From positions 8,986,587-9,050,586 of the forward strand of contig CM120648.1 of NCBI GenBank assembly GCA_051362555.1: 64,000 bases of DNA, given 5' to 3'. Shown piece after piece: positions 48,193-61,900 of the stretch (position 1 is the first letter of the stretch; each line of letters opens with the position of its first letter). Under the pieces are notes generated by a model, which was not told the origin of the DNA, did no database searches, and was given only the letters and a program-made list of their open reading frames with translations. Position numbers and translations under genes: made by a program. This DNA is from Lingula anatina (lineage: Eukaryota; Animalia; Brachiopoda).

Positions 48193-50966
48193 AAGAATAG
48201 AATATTGCTTATGAAAATTATTTTTATTCCCTCACGAGTACTTACAACAAACAATAAGTTAACTAAGGACTTTGGTACATTTTCAAACTCGCAATAGTAT
48301 ACCTGTAACATATTTTAGGCCTACGATTACACGATATTGTCAAAGCTTTAACGCTATAGGCTTTTGTCAAACGCATACACATATAACACTCGAAACTAAT
48401 ACGTTTTTAGTCATTTTCAGTGAAAGATAATTCTAAACTGCGGTGAGTTATATGAAATCTGTTGACTTGTGTATAAAACGGTGCTACTAGTGCACTGAGG
48501 ATTATACTTAACTTTATGAAAAAATGATAACAAAATGCCATTTTGACCAATATTAATAAGAAATTAAACATAATTAGCAAATTAATTTACGGTATTTGGA
48601 ATAAAGAAACTCCACAGTGAAAGTTGGTCTTGCTATTTAGACGAAAAATTAAGCCGTTTTTATTTCATTCAGAGTGATTTTACGGTAGTCCACTAAAATA
48701 AAATGAGAGTTGGATTTCCCAGTTACCGTTTCTTTCTTTTTATACAACAGATACCAAACATAATTTTTCTGGTATACCTAACGTTGGTCAAACAGACTCA
48801 GTTTTATTCTAAATGAAATGTTTATATTAACTGTCGGTCTAAAATGCTTCTGCAAAACAATCCCCAATACCGTTCCACTAGAAGACTTTCATCTCTGACC
48901 GAAGGAGGTAATTTTCCGTTTCTCTCGGGAAAATTTCACCGTATCTAACCACAGCATATTGTGCAGACTTAGTCAGTGACCTTCTGTGGTATTTGGTTTT
49001 TATAGTCACATCCTCAACACGCGATTGAAAGCTGCAATTATATTTCACAGAAACCTCTTACCGGTCAAAAAGAGCTTTGAACATGCGATATCTTCTCTAA
49101 TGTGACCTGATCATACTATCGGTTCCATTATATGATCACGATCTACATATACTGATTATTTAATTATACTGTTTACAAAACACGTAATGGAAGTTCTGTT
49201 GTCATTCTGGGACATAATCCAGTGTCTAACGTCCAAGAGTGACAAAATGTCCTAAAATTACCCTCTACCAGTTGATTTTTTCACTTAATATACACAGACA
49301 ACATCTCTGGTTAAATATGTAAAACTTTCTTACTGCGGAAAATGTAAAAATGTGCCGATAATATCTGCTGCCCTTGTAGAGGTATACTAACATAAGTGCT
49401 GGACGAAAGCTCTTATAGATTTAGATGGCTTACGAGTCATGGGAAAAGAGTGAAAAGTTTAAAATAGTTAAATGGCGTAATTTTCCCACACAGTATGGAT
49501 TTCAACACATTTACAGCAATGAATACACCATGTAACGCTGCAGGAGAAATGCATGCGTAGATGGGTTCCATGGGTTGGGGGGGGGGGGGGAGGCAGTGAT
49601 CAGAATTCACCGAAACTGAAATCAGCCAATCACAAATTACAGTACGTAGGACTGTTCATATCTAATTGATGATGTGAGTCAGCCGCATTTAAAATCACCG
49701 AGTTCAATGTTTCCCTTCACGGAGAACGAGGAATAAAAAACCGCATGCACGAGTAAAACGACTTTGCGGTTATTCACGGATCACGCTAAATAATATAAAC
49801 GTTTCACGCATCGCGGAAAAAAAAATGGGTTTCACGAATAACAAATTAAAATAACCATTGGGACCCTCATACAAGTGATAATGTGATCTTAATTAATGGA
49901 GAGAAATTAACGATTACACATTAAGCTGTCCCAAGGATTAATTTCCTTTGCATTTTCTGTTTTTTTATTATTATTCATTTACTCGTACATTGGTCATTTA
50001 AAGACATAGATTCACTTAAGTCCAAAAATGTTTATAGCCCATTGATAAAAGAATTAAATCGATAAACCAAGGAATTGTAGAAACTTCTTGGGTAAACTAT
50101 TCGAAACCAAAATAATCACTATATTGGATCAAAAAGACACGTTTTATAAGTATTATACCTAGTAGTTATAATTTAATGGCATGTTAAAACAAATAGATGA
50201 CACTTCTTCATATATTTCATTATTTCTATGAGTCTCATTGAAGTGAAACTTCTGACCTAGGTTGAGCACTAAGGGTGCATTCCCAGAGATATAGATCGAT
50301 CCAGAGATTAAGATTTAGATCGACCTAACTCCCTGGGGGTTCACGCTAAATTGCAGTCGGTCGAGCGCGCACCATAGTTAATTACCCCCTTACAGCTTTT
50401 AGTAGGCGGGGCAGACGCTTAAGCCGGCTAAGCTGACGGTAATCTAGTGAGACTCCCCACAGGGAAAGATCGATTTAAAATCTATGGGAATGAGGTCTAA
50501 ATAGACTAAAAGCGCATTCAGAACAGTGACCCTACAGATCTACAGATCAAATATGGCGACCCACTAAAAAGCGATGTCGCTTTATTCAGGATTAGACACT
50601 GAATAGATTTTTTGTGGGATTAAGCAACAAGCATCGAGTGGGTTGGTCATATTTGATCCGCAGTTCTCTTAGTCCGCTGTTCTGAATGGGGCCTAAAATA
50701 AGACATTTGCCGACTAAATATGGTTGACTCCACTTAAGAAGCGATGCCACTATTTCCCTGAAGGCCTCCACACGCGCCTCCACACGTGCAGGGGGTCTAG
50801 CAATTAAACCTCGTGGCCGAGATTTAATCTGTTAAATGGCGCATGTGGAAGCGGGAAGACCATCAGGAAATTAGGGACATCGCTTTTAAATTGGGTCGGC
50901 CATATTTTGTCTGCTGATCATATGTTCTGAATGCGTTCTTTGAGGCGTGTTGGCTAAGATCTGGAC

Positions 50967-53269
50967 CTAAGCTCGTGTGCTGGTTGTGCTAGGAAAAAAT
51001 AACATCTTGAACTGTGACCTAAATTCCGAACCACTGATCAGAAACACCAGTAAGTTGAACACATGATACAGCAACTCGGAAAGTCTGCCAATATAAAAGG
51101 TGTAGGCGACAAACCAAGGCAAATCTTCAGTAGATTTATATGCCATTATGACCATGCTAATAACAGATGTCGTGCACATGAATAGAAAACAAACAGACGA
51201 AGCCAAAAGAGAAACAGTGCTAATTATTTCTTTCGTCTTTTTTTCGTCACCTCTTCCAGACGTGAGTCCTTTTCGAGCTTTTCTTTGAACCCAGATAAAG
51301 TGTATTATCTTTATGTTCATCCCGGTAATGGTGAGTAACATCATGGCTCTTCCGGAGATACGAATTGCTGTTACAATGCCTAGGCGACTTTGCCACTGAT
51401 GGTAGTTCTGAACAGATATCGCACAGGGAGCATCGGTGTACATCAAGCTTGCAAACGCCACGGTCCCGGATGCTAATGCTGTGGTAAAGACAATCTGTGA
51501 AAATAAAAAAAGGTGCCAGTTTTCCGATAACGGTTTATAATCTAAGAGAAGTGACGCTTTGTGTCAAATAAGAGTATGGTTTCTTATTTAGGTTAGATGG
51601 CTTAAGTGTATGTAATTGGCGGGTCGTAGGAGGCAGTTTGGGCCACGCGCAACCAGCTTTGGAGATACCACCTTTCCACCCCCATCCCCCATATAATTAA
51701 ATAGAAAAACGGTATAACATAACATGCAAAACGAGGCAAAATCCAGCAATGTTCAACGAATGGGTCCTATGTAATACGGTCCTATTTCATATTTCAAACT
51801 CAATGCCTCAATGAGCAAAATCCTGAATCCATTTATAAATGATTCAAATAATCTAACGACTGTATCTTTCATTTCTTTAAGTCTAAAATACTTACCGTTT
51901 TGAAGAGCATTTTTCTGGAACATATGAAACTGGTTTTGAACGGCCAACAGACGAAAAGAAACCGATCGAGTGTTATGACGAAGATGAGAACTGCAGACCA
52001 GTCGGAGGTAAAGATAATGGCAAAGGCTGAAATGTCACAAATACCTAAGGTACTTGAATCCCAGCTGGCATTTTCCGACTTGGTCAATATCGCCAGTACG
52101 CACTCACTCACTGCACTTAGGCAGTGCGCTATGCCGAGGGTGCAGGACAAAAATGACTTGGTTTCTGATCTTCCTTTGAGTCGCCTTTCGCCGCTTACGA
52201 TGACAAAGATGAGGATGATGTTGCTCAAAAGGGACAACGGAGAGAGCGCAAAAACAGTATATATGTAAGCATTTAACGCCGTGATAATTTTATCCACGTT
52301 ATGAAGCGAATTCTCGGAAAACCATATGAAACAGTCTAAAGGATCGCTTTTCACAACCATACGCGGATTTCTCTCTTCCACATCCATCGGGCATACGCGC
52401 TTTGCTATTTCCCACGTTTTATTTAAAACTTCAACCGGAAGTGCTTTGGGTCGAAAAGGGCAGACGTGATCTGAACCTTGCCGAACGCAAAGATACAACT
52501 TATTTCTGGTTTCTTCACTTCCTTGTGTATTACCGGCCAGGCACTCTTCTTCTTCCACCCCGTATAGCACCCTGGGCGTGAAAAGCTCCTCCGACAGCTC
52601 AACGATCCCGCAATACTCAGAATATGTACCGTTAGAAAACCAAGAGTCAGTCTTTCGAAAACTGTCTGTTAGTCCACTCGAAGCCTTTGGTGAGCAATAG
52701 AAATATCTGTCTTCGAAAGCAGTTTTTAAAACTGAGGTATCATGATCTAAATTCACATGACGATTTCGAGGTGACGCTTCGATGCATACATACGTGCTAG
52801 CTGTAGAGTTTTTACCTCGTGTAAGGTTACGGTGGCCACTTGAAATGTTTTTCTCTTCATTGTCGGCTTCGAAGACGATTTGAGATATGCGGTTAAGGCC
52901 ATCTTTTATCAGCTCGTCGACTGTTTTCCTGAAGTCAACAAAAGTGCTTCGTTTTGCGCTATCTTTCAGCTGAGTGCAATTGTCCCCTTCAACTCCTGTT
53001 AATATAATAGGCCCACGTCTCGTGCCCAAAATAGTGGTGTAATTAAAGAAACAAGTTGAATCCATCGTTTTCAGGACTTCCTTTGCCTCGACTTGCAGCC
53101 CGAATGTTGCTGTCATCTGGTCGAATAATTGCCTCGTAAGGTTAATGTGACACTCAGAGAGAACTTGAATCTTACCTACTCTTCGCGAAACAGGATTTTC
53201 AGCAAACAAGTTTCTTAACTGAAACAATGTGAGCTGCATAATACAAATAGGAATAATGTAGAACACCAT
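50967..53269 (-). CDS. Class A (rhodopsin-like) GPCR copy 1 with long Cys-rich N-terminus (633 aa model), nested antisense in gene C intron
   Basis: Exons 53269-51896 and 51494-50967, phase-0 GT-AG intron. Seven hydrophobic segments; SNIIL (TM1), C..TLDRFLFVCWPF (TM3), NLLVF + FR (TM7/helix 8). Confidence 0.88.
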
Positions 53270-55663
53270 GATTTTGACTTGGAAATAAACGCAGAATTTC
53301 CTATGAATTGTTGAAGAGTAAGACAAAGTGTGCTTTATTTATATTAGGCATTAATAATAGCTTTAAAAACATTTTCATTGGCAGATGCCATTAGCCTATC
53401 AGCAGTTCTTAAATAGCAGTGTAGGTTGTTTAATATCAATTTAATATGTTAATATGTTGAACGACTGATGGGTTGCTCCTGTCTTTTTCATGTTTACCTG
53501 CTAGTTAACATTTCTATAAAAACACGTTGTAAGTAACGTGTTTCGTTGAAGCTTTTGGGAGTATACAGGAGAAAGTAAACAGCAGAAGTATACGGCTGTA
53601 AAAATACAATTTTTAATTTGCTATTATTTTATGAAAATACGTGCCTTTTAGGTGAGCAGGGGAATTAATAATTTTAACATCTCCACTTGTTTAAATTATC
53701 ATGCGTTATTTTATCACTAATTCTCAGTATATACATGAAATCCATCAAAAGCGAACAGAAAACTGAAAAATTAACTTAAAGATAGCGTCGTGATGTCTAC
53801 TTTTTCTAAATATCCGATAACAGGGAGTGATAAATCTAGGATTTTTTATATATCATTTTACAGTTTATAATTTTATTAATGGCTAAAATATTGCAAACAC
53901 AATAAGAAACTAAAAATAATGACATGCGCCAAAAGACGTAGAGAAGTTTTGTCAATTTTTAAAAACTCGGCAAGATCGCTTTAGTAGACGCAAGCTGAGA
54001 CATTTTCTAAGACGTGTATCAAACTCGCTTCCCGAGGAGTTGCAGATTTTCTATTTTAGTAAAAATAGATTAAATTTATTGTTTTGAGATGGTGCTGCTA
54101 GCGACAGTAACAAAGGTTTAAAATTTGGACTGTTTATGTTGTTTGTGTGAGAACAGATACTGAACCAATACTTTAATACTTTGGGGAAGATAAATGACTG
54201 TAGAATGATATGCTCCTGGTATCATTTTATTAACAACAAATTTCACAAAAAGGCCAACAATGCAATTCCATGGTACAGCGGTTTTATACTCATTAGTCAC
54301 ATTATAGGCCCAAGTAGACCGGACATTATAACTTTGATTACTCTGATTCAGGGGGTGACACTTCTATTGTCCATTGTGCGTAGTTTCATGTCAGTTAAGT
54401 TCCACTTGGACAAACAATTCTTACGCTGGCTTACTTTTAATTTTTTTAAATGTTAAATGAACCTTTATATTGAATGAGTATATACTCTTAATGTAATACA
54501 TAAAACTTACAAAAAAAGATCGAGTGGAGTACTTTTTGGGCAGAGCATTTGGGTCGAAGGTTCGATCTCTGGATCTGATCAAATCTGTAAAATCAGTGGT
54601 ATTCAATGTGTCTTAGCTATATCTAAGCAATCAACATACAGGGGTTATGCAACAAATGCTCGTGAGTTAATGAATATGACACTCGTGAAGTATTTTTTGT
54701 CACCAGTGTTTATAACATTTTGAAAATTTTTGAAAAAGTTAAAAAAAAAACATTTTTGAATTATATGTCATCAAGGAAGTCAAACGGCTTACAAAACAAT
54801 TCATTTCAAAACACTGCATACTTGTCCATGGTTAACTCTACAATGAGCAACAGACCTTTGTATTGGAGAAACGGATTTTCCTAGAAATGTATCTTATTCT
54901 CAATCACAGAAACCACCATCCAAAACTGAAGAACAAGGTACACTGTACCATATTTTAATATGTTAGCTTATTCTTAGTTCTCAGTTTCTTTTTTATTCTA
55001 TCTCTCTCTCTCATTAGTGATTCAAATTATGAATCTGACGACGGAACTTGCAGACAGTACTTTTTTTTCACGTAAAAATTTATTTTATGATACTCTTAAA
55101 TTCTTTTCGAAAATTTTTAAATTGTTAATATCACCAAAAATTTGACCGATGGCATATATAGCTGCACTGCATATCTGCTTAGAAAAAAAGAGAAAAAACT
55201 GTATAACTTATGGAAAATTGTTCGATCAAGCAGATTTTCGAACTCGACTTGTATTACATGATTATATATCAGCTCTGTAGGTTTTAAGACAATGGATCAA
55301 ACGGTATTTCACTTATCTTGTTTTCACTGAAAGTGTGCGTGATACGACACCGCCCACTTTTATTAATTGGCCTGTTTTGTATCGTACTGTGAAAACGCAG
55401 TTATTTTAATATCAAATATGGCTTATTTCCCGTCACATCAATGATGCAACAGTTTCCAGCTTCCTTTGAGCGTGACTCGGCGGTTTTGGGTAGGGTGTGC
55501 CTTTGTGATTAAGGGAACGTTTATAGGAAAATTAATTTTTGCTGTATAAAGGTGAAACGCTAGGTTGACTACTGTGTTCCCGTCACACCAATGATGCAAC
55601 AGTTTCCAGCTAACATCTGTCGACTATATATATAGCAGACCCAACTTAAAAAGCGATGCCGCT

Positions 55664-55811
55664 AATAAAGGGTACCGGAGGAGACTGATTGTGCCCGGAA
55701 GTCACGTGGAGTACATACCACAAAACACCCAAAATTACTTAGATACATCACATGACATCACACTTCCGGCACAATTTTAACTAATTCTCGTCTCCTCCGG
55801 TACCCTTTATT
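55664..55811. mobile_element. Small MITE with 22-bp perfect TIR at the junction of the GPCR duplication units
   Basis: AATAAAGGGTACCGGAGGAGAC / GTCTCCTCCGGTACCCTTTATT. Confidence 0.7.
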
Positions 55812-56019
55812 CTCTGACGGTCTCCACACGTGCAATCGCTGCAGGGGCTAACAATTAAACCTCGGAGCCGAGATTTAATCCGTTTAATGGCGCGTATGGA
55901 GGCGGGGAGGCCAGCACGGAAATAGCGGCACCGCTTTTTTAAGTGGGGGAGGCCATATTTAGTCCGCTGATCATCTGTTCTGAATGCATTCTTTGAGGTG
56001 TGCTGGCTAAGATCTGGAC

Positions 56020-58442
56020 CTAAGCTCGTGTGCTGGTTGTGCTAGGAAAAAATAACATCTTGAACTGTGACCTAAATTCCGAACCACTGATCAGAAACAC
56101 CAGTAAGTTGAACACGTGGTACAACGACTCGGAGATTCTACCAATATAAAAGATGTAGGCGACAAACCAAAGATATTCTTCTGTAAATATATATGCCGTT
56201 AGAACCATGCTAATAACCGATGTCGTGCACATGAATAGAAAACAAGTAGACGAAGCCAACAGAGAAACAGTGCTAATTATTTCTTTCGTTTTTTTCTCGA
56301 CCCTTTGTCCAGATGTGAGTCCTTTTCGAGCTTTTCTTTGAGCCCAGATAAAGTGTATTATCTTGATGTTCATCCCAGTAATGGTGAGTAACATCATGGC
56401 TCTTCCAGTGATCCGTATCGCTGTAACAATCCCTAAACGCCTTTGCCATTCCTGGTATTTCTGAACAGATACCTCACAAGGGGCGTCGGTGTAGATTAAG
56501 CTTGCAAAAGCGACGGCTCCAGATGCTGTTGCTGCGGCAAAGACCATCTGCCAAAATAAAAATAGGTGCCAGTTTCAGATACTCGTTTTTAATATTAAAT
56601 AGGTAACGCTTTGTATCAAAATAACATTATTGTAGCCTATAGACGCTATAGGTGGCAAAAATATATTTTTCGCTCAAAAATCCAAAAATGGCGGTCATTG
56701 AATAGGTTGGGCAACTTTAATGACAAAAGCGCTTTCGGAAAAAATAATAAAAATGATGATAAGGAGCTCGCCTTCCCCACATCGAGCGAGGTGGCAAAGG
56801 TTATCATATTAGCTTTTCGCCTTTTACTCTCTAATGAAAATTATGATAAAACTGATGACCCCTTAATGATGTTTTTTTTTCTTGGATTAAAGTCACGTGA
56901 CCAGTAGCAACCATAAGAGTGACGAATATTGAGAATGGATGGTGTTTTCATTGATTTAAAAGGATATATGCACTAGAGGTTTAAACATTATCGTTTAAAG
57001 AAAAACAACGAGATTAAAAAATTCCAAAAAAATCTAACAACTGTGCCTTTCATTTCTGTAAGTCTATAACACTTACCGATCTAAAGAGTATTTTTCTGGA
57101 GCACATAAAACTGGTTTTTAACGGCAAACAGACGAAAAGAAACCTGTCGAGTGTTATGACGAAGATGAGAACTGCAGACCAGTCGGGCAACTTTAATGTT
57201 TGCAAAGGCTGAAATGTTACAAACAACACTTGATTCCCAGTTAACTGTTATGTTGGTCTCTATCGCCAGTACGCACTCACTCACTGCACTTAGGCAGTGC
57301 GCTATACCAAGGGTACAAGACAAGAATGACTTGGTTTCTGATCTTCCTTTGAGTCTTCTTTCGCCTCTTACAACAACAACAATGAGGATGATGTTGCTCA
57401 AAAGGGACACTGGGCAGAGGACATAAACAGTATATATGTAAACATTTGACGCCGTGATAACTTTATCCACGTTCAAAAACAAACCTTTGGTAAACCATAT
57501 GAAGCAGTCTAAAGGATCGCTTTTTACAACCATGCGCGGTTTCATCTTTTCCACATCCATTGGACATACGCGCTTTGCTATTTCCCACGTGTTATTTAAA
57601 ACTTCTACCGGAAGTGCATGGGGTCGGAAAGGGCAGATGTGATCTGAACCTTGCTGAACGCAGAGATACAACTTACTGCTGGTTTCTTCATCTCCTTGTG
57701 TAATACCAGCCAGGCACTCTTCTTCGCTCATCCCGTATAGCAACCTGGGCGTGAAAAGCTCTTCTGACAGCTCGACGATTCCGCAATACTCAGAATATGT
57801 ACCGTTAGAGAACCAAGAGTCAGTCTTGCGAAAACTGTCTGTCAGTCCACCCAAAACCCTTGGTGAGCAATAGAAATATCTGTTTTCAAAGGCACTTTTT
57901 AAAACTGAGGTATCATGATCTAAATTTACATGAAGATTTCGAGGTGACGCTTCGATGCACACATACTTGCTAGCTGTAGAGTTTTTACCTCGTGTAAGGT
58001 TACGGTGGCCACTTGAAATGTATTTCTGCTCATTATCGGTTTCGAAGACGATTTGAGACATGCGCTTAAGGCCATCTAGTATCAGCCCGTCGACTGTTTT
58101 CTTGAAGTCAACAAAAGTGCTTCTTTTTGCGCTGTCTTTCAGCTGAGTGCAATTGTCCCCTTCAACTCCTGTTAATATAATAGCTTCACGCCTCGTGCCC
58201 AACGTACTAATGTTATGAAAGGGACAAGATGAATCCATAATTTTCAGGACTTCCCTTGTCTCGGCTGGCAGTCCGAATGTTGCGGTCATTTGGTCGAATA
58301 ATTGCCTCGTTAGGTTAATGTGACACTCAGAGAGCACTTGAATCTTACCTACTCTTCGCGAAACAGGATTTTCAGCAAACAAGTTTCTTAACTGAAACAA
58401 TGTGAGCTGCATAATACAAATAGGAATAATGTAGAACACCAT
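56020..58442 (-). pseudogene. Class A GPCR copy 2, tandem paralogue with +1 frameshift in TM3 (pseudogene or assembly error)
   Basis: Exons 58442-57077 (1366 nt = 3n+1) and 56547-56020. Removing one G from GGG at 57185-57187 restores FANIKVADWSAVLIFVITLDRF. Confidence 0.82.
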
Positions 58443-60649
58443 GATTTTGACTTGGAAATAAACGAAGAATTTCCTATGAATTGTTGAAGAGTAAGACAAA
58501 GTTTGCTTTATTTATATTGGGCATGAATAATTGCTTTAAAGACATTTTCATTGGCAGATGCCGTAAGCCTATCACCAGTTCTTAAAGAGCAGTTAACGTT
58601 ATTCAATATCACATGTTGAACGATTGAATGGTTGCTCCTGTCTTTTTCATGTCATGCGAGTTAAAGTTGCTAGAAAACCGCGTTGGAAGTATTGAAGATT
58701 TTTGAAGTATTGAAGATTTTTGAAGTATACAGGAGAAAGTAAACAGCTGAAGTCTACGGCTGTAAAAATACCATTTTTCAATTCGCTAATTTTCATTAAA
58801 ATACGTTCCTTTTAGGTAAGTAGGAAAACAAGAATATTTTTAAACATACCTATTTGTTTACATGATCATGCATTACTTTATCATTCATTCTCACTACATG
58901 TAGGTCCACTTAAAGCAAACAGAAAATCGATAAATGAATTTAAAGATAAAGGCGTGCTTTCTACCTTTTCTAAATCTCCGATGACATAAAGTGATAAATC
59001 TAGGATTGTTTTTATAAATCATTAAAAATGTTATAAAATTCACGCCTTGCTATAATGGGGACGAAGCAACGAAGGTTTAACTTATTTTGGTGACAAAAGT
59101 TTTAAAAACAACTCTTTTGGATAACATTCGGACGTTATTAATACTAACAAAAATTAGACTGCGCTAGAAGGGGATTAGGATGCACTTTTATTTTACCGAC
59201 ACGTTTGTCCTCCACCTCAAATATGTTTTTTCACAATGCCTGTTTCGTATAAAACATTTGACTGGGTCTTATCACCATATTCTCTGGCTAGTAATGGATA
59301 AAACTAAATTGAAGATTTTATCAATGGCTAAAATATTACAAAAAACATCAAGCAACTAAAAATAAGGACATGCGCCAAAAGACGTAGATAAGTTTTTTTT
59401 TAATTATTGAAAAACCAGGCGAGTACGCCATACTAATCTAATATAGATGTACTTCTCAGAATTGATCATTACTGATTGAAATTATGAATCTGAAGATGGA
59501 ACTTGCAGACAGTATGTCTTTTTATTTTTGCACGTAAAAAATTATTTTATGATACTTATATTACCCAAAAATTTGGCAAATGGCATATAAAGCTGCACTG
59601 CATATATGCTTAGAAAAAAAAGAGAAAAAAAAGCATAACTTTGTCCGATCAAGCAGATTTTCGAACGCTGTATAACATGAATATTTGTCAGTTCTGCAGG
59701 TTTTAAGACAACGGCAATCTGCTAAGAACTGTAAAGTTCTCCTGTATTAATTGCGTGATACGACACAGCCCACTTTTGTTAATTGACCTGTTTTGTATCG
59801 TACTGTGAAAACACGGTTATTTTAGTATCAAATATTGCTTATTTCACGTCACACCAATCATGCAACAGTTTCCAGCTTCCTTTGAGCGTGACTCGGTGGT
59901 TTTGGGTAGGGTGTGCCTTTCTGATTAAGGAAACGTTTATAGGAAAATTAGTTTTTGCTATATAAAAGTAAAACGCTAGGTTGTACCATTTAGTCATCTG
60001 ATTACCTGCTTTGTGAATCATCTTAAAATGATATCATTTTCGTGTTGAAGTGTGATTTTGAAACATTTCAAAACTTTTACACATTGGCGAAAGAAATATT
60101 TCATAAAAATTCCACGAGCTGGCAACACATACAGGCATACTGCTTTACACTATAAATATTGAGTGGTTACATATAGCTGAGTACAATTTATATATTATTT
60201 TGGCCACATTTGCCAGGAGATGAAATACAATGACTCAATGTTGTTTACAACAAACAGCACTCTTTCATTCGATCTAGCCCAGGGGCGGATCCAGGATTAT
60301 TTGAAGGGGGAATCCAGTGTTTTTTAAGAATGGCAGGCCTCGGATGCGAAGCCGACCCTTGCCCTCTTGATGTGGGGTTCAGTGTTTTGGAGGGCAAACG
60401 TCGCCATTTGGTGCAGTATAGAACTATGATTCAGCTCTTCAAAATTCTAATCTAGAGGGGAATGTTGCAGTGTTTCTTTCCAGAATCCGAAGGGGGGGGG
60501 GGGGTGTGGTCAGGACCCTCCTGACAATTTCCCTAACTTCGCCGCTGTGGCCTGTCTGTTTTACGCATGACAATTACAGCATATGCATGGGAAGAAAAAT
60601 GGAAAAACGAATCTCAAAAAGTTGTGTATCTCACAGTTCTTGCAGGGCA

Positions 60650-61340
60650 GCGGACTAACAGATCCACGGATCAAATATGGCAGACCCACTAGAATGCTTG
60701 TTGCGTATTCCCCGCTGGAAGTCTATTCAGCGTCTTTTCGGGAATTTAGCGACAACTACTTGATCCGCGGATCTGTTAGTCCGCTGTTCTGAATTCGCTC
60801 TAAGGTAAACGAGTTTCTGTACACGGTAAACATAAACTCATAATATCCCATCATTATTTCCACGGAAGCTGCATGCATAATGGGTAATATTCAAGATCTC
60901 TCCGGGTATCACTTTAAGGTATAGGCCCCATTCAGAAAATGTGACTCACTAACTAGTCCGAGGGTCAAATATGGCCGACCCACTTGAATATTTCCCCACG
61001 GGTTGTTTATTCAGTGTCTATTAGCGGATTACAGGGCAAGCTTTATAGTGGATCGACATATTTGACCCTCGGACTAGGAATAGTTAGTCCCCTATTCTGA
61101 ATGGAGCCTTACATGAGTGGCCTAACCCCGGTCGCATTCACAACAGATGATCAATGGATCTACTCCATACTCGCCTTACCTAGAGGTGCCTAGCAATTAA
61201 ACCTCGAAGCCGAAATTTAATCCGTGTGGATGCGAGGAAACCATTACAGGATTAGGCGGTCTTGCTTTCATTTAGGGCCCGCCATATTTGATCCGCGGAC
61301 TAGTAGATCAGAGGATCATCTGTTGTGAATGCGACCTTAA
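60650..61340. repeat. Cluster of three palindromic MITEs of the ATTCAGAA/GATCAAATATGG family; relatives ~40935-41060, 43490-43770, 50510-50940, 55840-55990
   Basis: Inverted termini such as GGTCGCATTCACAACAGATGATC / GATCATCTGTTGTGAATGCGACC and a shared GCCATATTTGATC core. Confidence 0.65.
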
Positions 61341-61611
61341 TATTCTCAGACTGACTGCCCTGACAGCATGCATCTGATCGATGCATGAAATATCAGATGA
61401 CAGTATACCCTGGGGGGAATGAATGTTATAACATTATATGTTTTACTCATTTGAAATACCACATTTATCAAAAGCAAATCCCTTCAACGTTTTTTTTTTC
61501 TCTTTTCTTTTTTATTTACGCAAATATTCGAAAACATGCTTTATTTCACTGATGGCCAACACACGATTGGGTGTAATGGAAGTTAAATGTTTCCATCTTC
61601 TATCTGTTCAG

Positions 61612-61767
61612 GCATAACATTGTTCGCGGTAGGTATAGGTGACCAGGTGAATGAGACCCTCCTGTCCACTCTGGCGTCCATTCCGTCGGACAGACACCTC
61701 TTGACCGCGGCGGACTTTGACGGCTTGTTCCACTTGGCTGACTCTCTCGCAAATCGCATCAACGCAG
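61612..61767 (+). CDS. Gene C exon 3: VWA domain C-terminal part
   Basis: GITLFAVGIGDQVNETLLSTLASIPSDRHLLTAADFDGL completes the VWA fold. Phase 1-1, in frame with exon 2 across intron 47581-61611. Confidence 0.88.
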
Positions 61768-61900
61768 GTATGATATGCTACCATAGAATTTTCCACTAGA
61801 TGTTGACAGATACCTTTCCGCTGGATAATTCTGTACAAATTTTCTTAACTTCCAAGCGTGAAATGTTCACAAAAAAAAATAAGCTAGGGATGTGATAAGC

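Larger units (their letters stand above)
50780..59985. repeat. ~5-kb tandem segmental duplication carrying the GPCR pair (units ~50780-55570 and ~55826-59985)
   Basis: Homology extends into non-coding flanks, e.g. 53327-53850 vs 58500-59010 and 55020-55570 vs 59478-59985. Confidence 0.8.

Noticed and set aside
51900-52268. Plus-strand ORFs opposite the GPCRs (also 57196-57642) and antisense ORFs within the BEL pol
   Set aside because: Shadow ORFs of real coding sequence on the other strand.
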